DNA from: Wallemia ichthyophaga EXF-994
Taxonomy: Eukaryota; Fungi; Basidiomycota
Reading direction: 5' to 3'
NCBI RefSeq assembly: GCF_000400465.1
Contig: NW_008806281.1
Location: forward strand, 30,001 to 62,000
DNA length: 32,000 bases
Shown here: positions 12,901 to 22,483 of the stretch, piece after piece
How the letters are laid out: the number at the start of each line of letters is the position of its first letter
Numbering within the stretch: position 1 is the first letter of the stretch
Made by a program: the position numbers and the translations under genes
Notes under the pieces: generated by a model
What the model was told of the DNA's origin: nothing
The model's database searches: none
The model's input: the letters and a program-made list of their open reading frames with translations, nothing else

Positions 12901-13216
12901 GAGTGTCGAGAACGCCCTTATACGGGTAGAGTTTAGATCCAAGGAAGACGAGGTGCTCTAAGGTATGTGGACAGCCGCTGTCGTCGAATATTTCAGTGGG
13001 GACGACAAAGTTGGCCTCGCACATTGGGCTCTCGTGCTTGACTTGAGCTACGCTAAGCCCAGTGACTCTGCTCCTCCAGCGCTCAAGATGTACTGGTGCG
13101 TAATCGACACGCTGGCTAAATACTTTATCGTAATTTCCATAAGATTGTGACATTGTAGATGCTGTCCTTGTATTCGTAATTAAGCTTCTAAGTGGATTCC
13201 CTAATCGACGAAGCAT
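9949..13216 (-). CDS. M16 (insulinase/pitrilysin-fold) zinc metallopeptidase, 1055 aa
   Basis: complement(join(9949..11492,11543..11730,11781..13216)); two 50-nt introns. Inverted Zn motif HTLEH, NAWT, downstream GVVYSEMQG, C-terminal IRGTGLAYG. Confidence 0.92.
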
Positions 13217-13366
13217 AAACGTCGTCGTCGTTACGGAGCAAGAGGCGATTTGGCAGTGTATACAGGAAGTTTACGTTACATATACGCGAAATGGATTTAG
13301 CCAGCTAAATATCTTGTTGTATTCTGTGGCGTGGCGTAGCGTGACGATAAGATTCTAACCACTCAG

Positions 13367-13979
13367 CTACCTCAGATTAGCAGCTTCCGTGCGAGCTTTA
13401 GCTATAAGCCAGATAGCATCTAGATCGCGCTGCAGTTCCGTATTCCAGCGTTCGGTTCCAAATTCCTGCGTGCCGTTTGTGAGAGTCAGCAAGTGCTCGA
13501 TTTCTGGGACAATCTCAGCGCGAGTGCGGCCATTTACGAAAGTGATGAATCTAAGCTTGGGGAACTTGTTCTCGTATGCGTTGTTGAGTGTGTTCAGTCT
13601 GGAAATCGGGAGATAGCCACTTCAGTCGCGAAAATGGATAAACACACTAAACACACCTTTGTAGAACATTCTCAGGCGTCTTCTGAGCCGCTTGCTCTGC
13701 AGCGCTTAGCGAACTCAGCCCGGAGACTTGTCCGATGCGGGGATGTGAATTGACGAATAGCGCCTTTTCAGCGGAATTCCATGTGTTTACGATATTACTG
13801 GCCGCATCTAAGCATTCTAAGTAGCTGCTGCTGCCTGATTTTATATACTCGCTGAGCTGCGGTACCAGCATCGATCTAAGCGGTGGAGATGGCTCAAGCA
13901 CCACTGACAAGAATACAAGAATATGCTCCTGCCTGCTACGCTCAGTCATATTCACTAACTCACTAAAATCAATCATCAT
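13367..13979 (-). CDS. OHCU decarboxylase (urate-to-allantoin pathway, UraD/PRHOXNB family), 184 aa
   Basis: complement(join(13367..13598,13657..13979)); 58-nt intron. Catalytic HPRIG and S..EQ motifs. Exon 2 (absent from the ORF track) reads LNNAYENKFPKLRFITFVNGRTR. Confidence 0.9.
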
Positions 13980-14102
13980 CGTCGATAAGATGCTATGTCC
14001 GGGAATTGAGATAAGCAGGGCTATACGAGCTGTTATCGGCCATGAATCAAGTCCACCGCAGCGGCAATCATTTCAACGGCCAAATCAATCTCTCTTTCTC
14101 TA

Positions 14103-14129
14103 CCACCACCGCCACCACCGCCACCACCA
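14103..14129 (+). repeat. (CCACCACCR)x3 repeat directly before the DLD2 start codon
   Basis: CCACCACCG CCACCACCG CCACCACCA C ATG read directly. Confidence 0.8.
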
Positions 14130-14130
14130 C

Positions 14131-15794
14131 ATGCTTCGCAGCTTACAGCATATCAGACGCTCGAGCAGGCTGGGCTTGCAACTGCGCTCATACGCCAGCA
14201 CTCCAGATCGCAGCACGCACTTTGCTAAGCTCACTCAAGACGATATCCCTTCACTCGCGTCCATCTTCTCTTCACCACACACTTCACTCCTCACAACGCT
14301 CGGCGATAACCCAACAGCGACAAAGGATGATCTCGAGCCATTTAACGTTGATTGGATGGGCAAATACAGAGGCCACTCGTCCATTATCGCGAAGCCAAAG
14401 ACGACGGAGGAAGTGAGCAAGCTTTTGCAGTGGTGCAATCAGCACAACGTTGCTGTAGTTCCACAAGGCGGAAATACTGGCTTGGTTGGTGCGTAAATGA
14501 AATTTCAATCCACACTCGCTCACTTCCCACCAGGTGGTTCAGTCCCTCTGCATGACGAGGTCGTCTTATCACTCTCCTCAATGAACAGCGTCAGGCACTT
14601 TGACTCTCTCTCCGGCTATGTCTCGGTCGATTCTGGCATCGTCCTCGAGAACTTGGATAACTTCCTCGCACAAAAAGGTCACGTCGTTCCACTCGATTTG
14701 GGTGCAAAAGGCTCTTGCCAAATTGGTGGAAACGTTGCCACAAATGCTGGTGGTCTGCGCATGTTGAGATACGGCAGCTTGCACGGAAACGTCCTCGGTC
14801 TCGAGGTTGTTCTCCCAGACGGCAGAATCATTAACGGTATGAAGGGCCTCAAGAAGGATAACACAGGTATTGACCTCAAGCAGCTCTTTATCGGCTCTGA
14901 AGGTGTCCTCGGTGTCGTCACCGGTGTCACTCTTGCCACTCCTGTCAGACCTTCTGCCACAAACGTCGCTGTCTTTGCTTTGCCCGATTACGAATCCGTC
15001 CAGACCGCTTTCTCCTCCGCTAGACGCGATCTTGGTGAGATCCTCTCCGCCTTCGAATTCTTCGATGCTGCCTCGTACAAACTCGTTCGCACCCACGGCC
15101 ATGCTGCCGAACGTAAGACTTTCGAAGACGGTGAAGATGCTCCATTTTTCTGCTTGGTGGAGACCTCTGGCTCAAACAAAGATCACGACGACGAGGTTAG
15201 TCTTGCAAATGATTTTTTCTACTCTAACCAATACACTTTAAGAAACTCGGAGCTTTCTTAGAACAACTTATGGAGTCTGGTATAGTCAATGACGGTGTGC
15301 TCGCACAAGACGAAACTCAGATCGCTCAATTGTGGACCTTGCGTGAAGGTATCCCTGAAGCTGCTGGAAAGGCTGGTCGTGTATATAAATACGACTTGAG
15401 TTTACCAGTCGAGAAAATGTACTCTCTAGTTCCTGAACTTCGCCAGAAACTCGCTGAGCAGGGTCTCCTTGCAGCTGAATCAGAAGGCGGTAATGGAAAT
15501 GGTCCAGTCAAGACAGTCTTTGGTTTCGGTCACTTAGGTGATGGAAATCTCCACATCAACATCGTTGCAGATGCGTACAGATCGGAAGTTGAAAAAGTCG
15601 TCGAGCCTTACATCTACGAATTGGTCGCTAATTACAACGGGTCAATCTCGGCTGAGCACGGCCTTGGATTGATGAAAGCACCTTATGTCTCATACAGTCA
15701 AGACGCTCCCTCACTCGATCTGATGCGCACACTCAAGAAGACACTCGATCCAAAAGGTATCCTCAACCCATACAAGTGTGTCACAGTCGAGTGA
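14131..15794 (+). CDS. DLD2: Mitochondrial D-2-hydroxyglutarate/D-lactate dehydrogenase (FAD-linked), 523 aa
   Basis: join(14131..14488,14534..15195,15243..15794); introns of 45 and 47 nt. Motifs PQGGNTGLVGGSVP, DLGAKGSCQIGGNVATNAGG, GDGNLHIN, SAEHGLG, LDPKGILNPYK; Arg-rich presequence MLRSLQHIRRSSRL. Confidence 0.95.
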
Positions 15795-15894
15795 ACTATA
15801 TATATAGATTTTATTTTTGTATGTGATTTGATTTTGTTTGTTTAGAAAATAATACAATGCTCGAAATGAGCAAAAAAAAACTAATAAAATCTAA

Positions 15895-18800
15895 TTACCA
15901 TTCAATCTCTTGCTTCAAGAATACATTCTCATTTGTGTTGGAAGTGGCGCCTTTGTCCCTGCTAGCTACTGTCTCCATTTGCGTCTTGTAATCTTGGAGC
16001 CTAGTATTTGCCTCGTTGCTCCGTCTCACCATTTCTATTCTAAGATCATCGTACTTGCGAACAAATTGCTTCCTCAACGCGTCGAATTGGGTAGATTGCG
16101 ATGTTGACATTTGCTCTATCTCAGCCTTGAGTGCGTTGTACTTGTCGTTACTTGCACTGTCAATGCCTGACATCTCGTGTGATTTTTTCTGTGGTTCACC
16201 TATTCTACTCAAGTGGGTCTTGAGATTTTCTATATCTTTCACTATTCCTTTTTCGGTCCATGCGTGTTGGTCAACAATCTGCTTGAGACCGGCAAACTTT
16301 GTTTCCAATTCTCTATTCGAGTTTCTCAGACTAGATTTTACAGTTTCTTCGAAATTCCGTATAAAGTCATTATGGCGGTGTAGGCGAACATGAATACTGT
16401 CGACAGCTTCTTTTTGCTTCCAGCTATCTTTTTTGGAATTATCTTCGACTTCTTTCAGCCTCGCTTCAAATCTTTGTTTATCTTTTACTTTTTCTGCCGT
16501 CTCGCGTGTCTCTCTAGCTTTATGAACCTCAGATGCGTCTTCTTTCTCCTTCTCTAACTTATTCTCAAAGCGCTTAACTTCTTGAAGGATGCCCTCTATA
16601 CCTTGCGTTGGCTGTGTATTCGAAGAATTTCTTGCCTGAGCTATACCTTCGTTGACCTTATTTTCGAACTCTACAAAACGAAGCGTAGATGATGTCAGGT
16701 AGCTGTCCACCTTGATAGACAGCAGCTGAGTTTCTTTCTTCGATTCCATAGTATCATGTCGATATTCTTCTATGCTCTTCTGTAGGTCCTTTTCTAAAGC
16801 TTTCTCCTTGCTGATTTTCTCCTCGTTGCTCTTGAGAGCCTCAATACTTTTAGTAAGCTCGGCGTAATGATTCTTTGCTAACAGTTGCTCTTCATTTACT
16901 CGCTGTAAAGCAGCCTCTCCCGAAGTAGAAATTTTTGACTCCAATTCTATCATTTTCGCTTCACGTTGAGCATCTTTTCGCTTGAGATCCAAGATGGTCT
17001 GTTGAAGCTCTTCATTGCGGGTAGTAGATTTCGTGAGCATGTTCATCATGTCAACTTGCGCACTGAAAAGTTTCATCATTTCAACTTGATTGACGCCAGG
17101 TGATTCCATCCTTTCTTTGCTCTGAGGCTGAGATGCTCTGTCATGCCCCTGATCAGTACCATTTTGCCCCGGCTTAGGAGGCTATGGAGCTGTTAGTTAA
17201 AAGAATAGATATGCGCACGCTCACCAAATCAAATCTTTCACTGTTATTGACGCCTTTATTCTTGTCGTCTGCTTCCTCCTTTGACGCCTGTTTCTTTATA
17301 TTGTCTCCCTCATTAGCGGATCGATCGATAGTGACAGAGGAAGCTTCATGGCGAGGTTTGTTAGAAAGAACTTCTGCGCGCATTTGCTTTCCATTAGCAT
17401 CATTGCCATGCTGTCGCTTAAGGCGCTTGATGTGATCGTCTCTCTCTCTACCTACATTCTCTTCAGCGACCTTTGCTTTCAGATCGTCTGTCTGCTTCTT
17501 TGCTAACTCCGATTCCATAGCTTTAGCCTTCCTGGCGGCTTCGGCTTTCTTGGTCTCGATGACTTGCTGAGCTGCTTCCTGTCTCTCGATTTCCTCCTGC
17601 TTTTTCATTTCTTCATCTCTCCTAGCCTGTCGTACTTCGTCCTTCTGCTTGACTTGCTGTTCAAATCGGAAGTCTTCTTGTCTCTTGGCTTCTTCCTTTC
17701 TCTTAGCCTCCTCTTTCCGTTTAGCTTCTTCTTTTCTCTCAGCTGCTACAGTCTCTTCCTTTCTCTTAAGTGCTACCGCTTCCTCATTTACTTTAGCTGC
17801 TGCTTCTTGTCTGCTGGTGAATTCTTGTTGTCTACTTTCTACCTCTTGATTTAACTGATCCAGAGCTGTCTGATGTTTTGCTTTACCTGACTTCTTGTCG
17901 GCACTATGTTTTTCATTTCGTATCGCTATTTTACTATTAGTGTCTTCAACTTTCCTGGCAATGCTGCGTCTTGCTTCATCATCCTCTCCCTCCGTAACAG
18001 CACTTGGTCGCTTCTTGGAAAATGAAGGAAGGGGTTGAGATTTTCGACGATCGTGTTGAGGGGTGTGTTTTGTATTTTCAGGTGCAGCAACTGAGGAATG
18101 CTTCAGAGGCTCGCTTCTACGCGTATGTTGTTTCTTCTTATTGGCAGGTAGTGAGCTCTTATCGCCATTAGATTCCTCAGACTCAGAGTCCTCGATCCTC
18201 GATCGTTTGAAAGGTTTCTGTGAATGAGCTCGACTTGAAGAGTGGTGGTGACTTGGTCGCGTGGTATGCTCGACTATTTGTACATCGTCTGAATCTGAAC
18301 CAGAGCTTTGAAGGAGGTTGGCTGTGTTTTGCTTGTCAGAATATCCACTTTAAATATGCACGCATACACTTACATTCCTTGCCTCGTGTGAGATTGTTAG
18401 TTACCTCCTCCTCGGAATTGCTTTCAGCAGCACCCTGGATTTGCGCAGGCTGCGATATTCTCTTTGCATTCTCCACATACTGCTGAATCATTTTGCTCTT
18501 TGATGTTTTACCCTTGTTTGAGCTGGAGCTATTGGAGGGTGATTTGGACTTTTTGGTAGATTTAGGGGGCTTCTTATCGATTTGGGAAGGCTTATTGGAA
18601 TTGGGTGTGGATGTGGAACCGGTTCCAGGCTCAGCCAAGTCGTCCTCGTCTGAACTTGAGTCAAGGACTATCGATTGACGTCTTTTAAGTGTATGCATAG
18701 GCGTAGGTGATGCTTTTGTACCAAATCCCGCTATTACATTTGATTGCTTTTGCTTTCCTTGCTTCTCGCTTGATTTGGAAACATTCTGATTGCTATCACC

Positions 18801-19127
18801 AGTCGATTTCAAAGACGAGCTGCTCTTTCGTCTATCACAAGACGCTTCCTTGATTTCTAATTTATTACCGGATTGAAGTGATCCTGGATCTACAGTTTTC
18901 CGTCTGGGTTGCATTGGTAGATTGTGACCTCTAGGTGGTTGATGAAGATGAGTTTCAGGGATTTGGAGTCGGGAAGCAGAGTGTGAATGGATTTGCACAC
19001 AAAAAGAGCTAGCTGACAAACCCTGTACATCTCTCGCAGTCTTTGATTCATTCACAGGGTATCCCTCTGACGCAACCTTGACGTACAGGAAAATCTCAGA
19101 TAAGGCAGGAAGATGATAAGTGCTCAT
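15895..19127 (-). CDS. Large charged, low-complexity coiled-coil hypothetical protein (~970-1045 aa)
   Basis: complement(join(15895..17181,17225..18321,18374..19127)). I read exon 2 as a stop-free frame linking ORFs 18336-19139 and 17174-17608. Introns of 52 nt (GTAAGT..CAG) and 43 nt (GTGAGC..CTAAC..TAG). Start uncertain (ATG 19127 or 18914). No recognisable domain. Confidence 0.72.
17684..17737 (-). repeat. Coding tandem repeat (RKEEAK)x3
   Basis: Three 18-nt units encoding RKEEAK with synonymous divergence. Confidence 0.85.
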
Positions 19128-19218
19128 CTCTGCATACACAAAGAAAAAAAAAACCTAGAAAACCTATGCATAAATATGGATAAATAAAATGTTCAAAATA
19201 TTCTAGGTTGGAGAGTGC

Positions 19219-19223
19219 AAAAA
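19219..19223 (-). terminator. RNA Pol III oligo-T terminator for tRNA-Lys
   Basis: TTTTT on the minus strand, starting 5 nt after the discriminator base. Confidence 0.75.
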
Positions 19224-19227
19224 TATT

Positions 19228-19300
19228 AGCCCCACGCGGGGCTCGAACCCGCAGCCTTGTGATTAAGAGTCACACGCTCTACCGATTGAGCTAGCAAGGC
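19228..19300 (-). tRNA. tRNA-Lys(CTT), intronless, 73 nt
   Basis: GCCTTGC TA GCTC AATCGGTA GAGC G TGTGA CTCTTAA TCACA AGGCT GCGGG TTCGAGC CCCGC GTGGGGC T: complete cloverleaf, anticodon CTT, U73 discriminator as in yeast tRNA-Lys(CUU). Confidence 0.97.
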
Positions 19301-19723
19301 TTGTTGACAGCAAGCTTCTATTAAGTTATATTATTGTATTTATATAGGCTTCTCAAATTTTTTTGATAAATTCACATCGCAAATGCTTTTGTTGTTGTTA
19401 AACAGACTTTCAGTTGTTGAAATATTTGATTTCCGATTACATAATCCCGACTTACTAGTCATAAAATTGACTAAGATGCACAATTAGTTAAGCCAGAGAG
19501 CAAGATCTCTCTCTACGAGTTTGGTATAGATAGGCGAAGATCAACAATCGTTGTACCGCTTTTGACTATACTTTACGGTTTCTTAAAATATTAAGAAAAA
19601 GACAATAAGGTGTAACGAGCAATTCCGAAATGTATTTGAATTACAATTAATAAATATATACATAAATTCATTTTATGATGAGCAGAGAAGGTGAGTATTC
19701 TAGCCACGCATCTCGCCAGCTCT

Positions 19724-20882
19724 TTACAATTCAAAGAGAGCGTTAGTATTCATGTGTGCGGCATTAGCGACTATATGCAAAGGTAATTCCTTCGCACAAG
19801 CTATGAGATGAGCGATGAGGGGGAGATAACCAGGTTCGTTGCGACCCTTAACGGGTGCTTCCTCACTCCACTTTTCCTTCTTGAGCGGAGGGTTAAGCTT
19901 GAAGAAGTCGTCAAGAGTATCAATGTGCTCGTGCATAGCGTGAGTAGATGAGACACCGCACCACGGAGCATCAGTTTCGATCATGAGTCTGTCGAGTGGA
20001 ACAGCCTTGGCTACTTGGATACTTTCTTCTGTCTTAAGACTACATCCATTCAGACCAATATATAGACCCATTTTGACCTGAGGTGGGTTGAAGTGTGAGT
20101 AGCGAGTTGCGCGTGTATATCTCAGCTACTCACTAATTCGTGCATCTCTTGAACAGTCCCAGTAAAAGAATGCACACAGCCTCGCGGTAGCTTGATTCCA
20201 CAGGTAGATTTGATGACCTTGACCAAATCACTGTGGCAGTTACGGGAGTGAAGGAACATAGGCATGTCCAGTCTCTGAGCTAGTTGTAGCTGTGCGGTGA
20301 AAGCCTCTATCTGTTTAGGTTTATCGCTACAGCGAGTGCGAGCGCGTGTAAGTGAGACATGAAAGAGGGAGCAAAAAAAAACAACACACGCGAAATGCAA
20401 CCTGTCCCAATCAAGACCACACTCACCCACAGCCACTACCCTCTTCCCTCTGACGGCGCCTCTGTATCGGTTATCGGAGATGAACTGCTCGAGTTGGGTG
20501 ATGTATCCGTCGACGAATTCATTTGAGCGGGTAGGATGTAGACCAGCTGTGGAGAAGTACGCGAAGTCACTGAACTGAGTAGCGAGGTTATGTGCTTCGA
20601 CGCTTTCTTCTAGATTACCGCCGGTGAGCATGGCGCCATCGACACCAACCCTGTGAGCTCTCTCCACCACGGCTTTTAGATCGTCCGGATGAGATTGCTT
20701 GGATCTATAAACACCGCGGAACATGCTGTCCGCGAGATTGAGGCCGATGTCTTGTGTGTCACGGTCGTCAGCAGTGAGATATCACCGACGGGAGCATCAA
20801 ACACACCGATGAACCTCAGTTCCGATAGAGAATCTAATTGTAATTGCCTTATTTGGCGCTTGAGTGCTTCCATCTTGTCCAT
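19724..20882 (-). CDS. tatD: TatD-family (TATDN1-type) nuclease, 327 aa
   Basis: complement(join(19724..20077,20134..20326,20390..20750,20807..20882)); introns of 56, 63 and 56 nt. Motifs FIDIGLNL, GLHPT, GECGLD, FLHSR, CVHSFTG, IETDAPW, GRNEP. Confidence 0.93.
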
Positions 20883-20924
20883 TGTGCACTCGAGTTGAGA
20901 GTCAACGACCAAGAGCCCCGAGAA

Positions 20925-21917
20925 ATGTCATGGTTCAAACGATCTGCACAGAATTATATCCCTCAAGCAGGTGAAGACCGTATGCGGAACGAGCTGCTTG
21001 GTGGTGACGGCACGCAAGCGCAAGCGCAAGCACTAGCTGATGAGGAAGACGCTGCAAGTATGCGCCCGCCCTCGTACACAACAGTAGATAAGGGTGGCGA
21101 TGCAGCTGACGACGCAGCGCGTAGTGAGTTGTTCAGCGGCGCACCGCCACGCACAGCCCAGCGCAATCAGGGCGGTGGAATCACCAACTCTGCCCAAGGT
21201 CTCGATGAGGAGCAACACACAGCCAATGAAGATGAGGACGTCGAGGCTATTAAGCAGCAGACTCGATTCGTTAAGGAGGATAGTAGAGAGAGTACGAGGA
21301 ATGCACTACGTATCGCACGCGAGACTGAGGATAATGCTGCTAATACCATGATGAAATTGGGTGACCAATCAGAGCGTGTCGCTGACACTGAACGTCATCT
21401 CGATCTCGCTAAAGCACACGCTAATCGCGCAGAAGATAAGGGGAAAGAACTCAAGAAACTAAACCGGTCCATCTTCAGGCCTGTCATGTCGTGGCAGACG
21501 GATAGGAGGAGACGCGAAGTTCAGCAGCGCATTGAAGATAGACACGAAACTGAGCGTGAGGAGAGGGAAAAAGCACACGTGGATGTCTTTACATCGAGGA
21601 AGAGGGTTGATAACGTATTGGATCCTCAGAAAAGAGGATTCGGTGGTTTTGGAAGGAAAAAGCCTGAGCAGTCGTCGACGGTGGAGAGATCCAAGTACCA
21701 GTTCGAAGCGACAGCGAGTGATGACGAATTGGAAGACGAAATTGATGGAAATCTCAACGATATCAATCAGGCAGTCGGCAATCTCAAGCGATTCGCTATA
21801 GCCTCCGGCGAAGAAGTCGGTACACAGAACGATAGGCTGGACGACATCCACAACAAGGCTGGTAAACTGGATGACAAGATATTCAGAAACACTCAGAAAC
21901 TCAAGAAGATCAATTGA
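20925..21917 (+). CDS. SEC9: Plasma-membrane Qbc t-SNARE Sec9 (SNAP-25 family), 330 aa, intronless
   Basis: Two SNARE motifs with zero-layer Gln (LGDQSERV; VGTQNDRL), LNRSIF, EDEIDGNLNDI. Likely start MSWFKR at 20925. Confidence 0.92.
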   Translation: MSWFKRSAQNYIPQAGEDRMRNELLGGDGTQAQAQALADEEDAASMRPPSYTTVDKGGDAADDAARSELFSGAPPRTAQRNQGGGITNSAQGLDEEQHTANEDEDVEAIKQQTRFVKEDSRESTRNALRIARETEDNAANTMMKLGDQSERVADTERHLDLAKAHANRAEDKGKELKKLNRSIFRPVMSWQTDRRRREVQQRIEDRHETEREEREKAHVDVFTSRKRVDNVLDPQKRGFGGFGRKKPEQSSTVERSKYQFEATASDDELEDEIDGNLNDINQAVGNLKRFAIASGEEVGTQNDRLDDIHNKAGKLDDKIFRNTQKLKKIN

Positions 21918-22014
21918 AATGGCTGTAATTATACGAATTTTCACATGGACAATCATCACAACCAAGAATAAATACCAACAAGGGACATGAAATCAAGGGA
22001 GCAAACTAACAAAT

Positions 22015-22483
22015 TTACTTCTTTGAAACCTTACCAATTTCCTCGACGTTGAGGGCTGCAATGAGTGGTCAGTGAGGGTTATTCCAGACTCGTCAAGGAG
22101 CGATCTTCGTTCGCTATTCAGAGCCGGTGTGATTGTCGTAAAGAGCAACACATAGTCCCCTCTTAGAGTTGAATAGTGCGAAAAGCACATCGCCCTGACA
22201 AGCCGAATATTACTCACTTGGTGGAAGAGATTGCTTGAGCTTCTCCGCCTTCTCGCCGTCAGAGACGACAAGAGTGTAGAGGTAGCGTGAGCAACGGATC
22301 TTGAACTTGGTAAGTTGAGCTGCCTCGCCCTTGCTACCAACGGTGTTGGTCTTCTTGATGCGGGCTGAGCGAGCATCCTTACGACGAGCGATTTCGAGGA
22401 AGTTCTTGATGTCCTTGATCTGTGGCGTGCGCATTAGAATGCTATGTGTACAACGTGTCCTGTCTGCTCACTTCTTGTGGCAT
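22015..22483 (-). CDS. RPL38: 60S ribosomal protein eL38, 84 aa
   Basis: complement(join(22015..22055,22218..22419,22472..22483)): MPQE|[23 protein letters not shown]...[30 protein letters not shown]|[13 protein letters not shown]. Introns of 52 and 162 nt. Confidence 0.97.
22056..22217 (-). ncRNA. Candidate structured RNA (snoRNA-like or regulatory) in RPL38 intron 2
   Basis: Intron is about 3 times the length of the other 24. Hand-found helices: GTGC/GCAC, AAGAG/CTCTT, and a CCGGCTC..AGCGA-ACGAAGA-TCGCT..GAGTCTGG hairpin with an internal loop. No canonical H box or C box found. Confidence 0.35.

Noticed and set aside
13990-14130. His-rich N-terminal extension of DLD2 in the ORF track (HHRHHRHHHM)
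   Set aside because: Translation artefact of the CCA repeat; it would bury the obvious presequence that starts at 14131.
15795-15899. Possible extra terminal intron in the coiled-coil gene (TG|GTAATT...GAG)
   Set aside because: Poor donor (+5 T), no branch site, and the gene already ends at an in-frame stop.
17564-17854. Leu/Phe/Ser-rich hydrophobic ORFs on the + strand
   Set aside because: Antisense shadows of the E/K/R-rich exon. The same applies to most other overlapping ORFs in the track.
19301-19723. Short hairpins (AGAGAG/CTCTCT, TTTCTTAA/TTAAGAAA) and an ATGATGA box-C-like site at 19675
   Set aside because: Low-complexity AT-rich DNA, no matching box D, and no recognisable ncRNA family.
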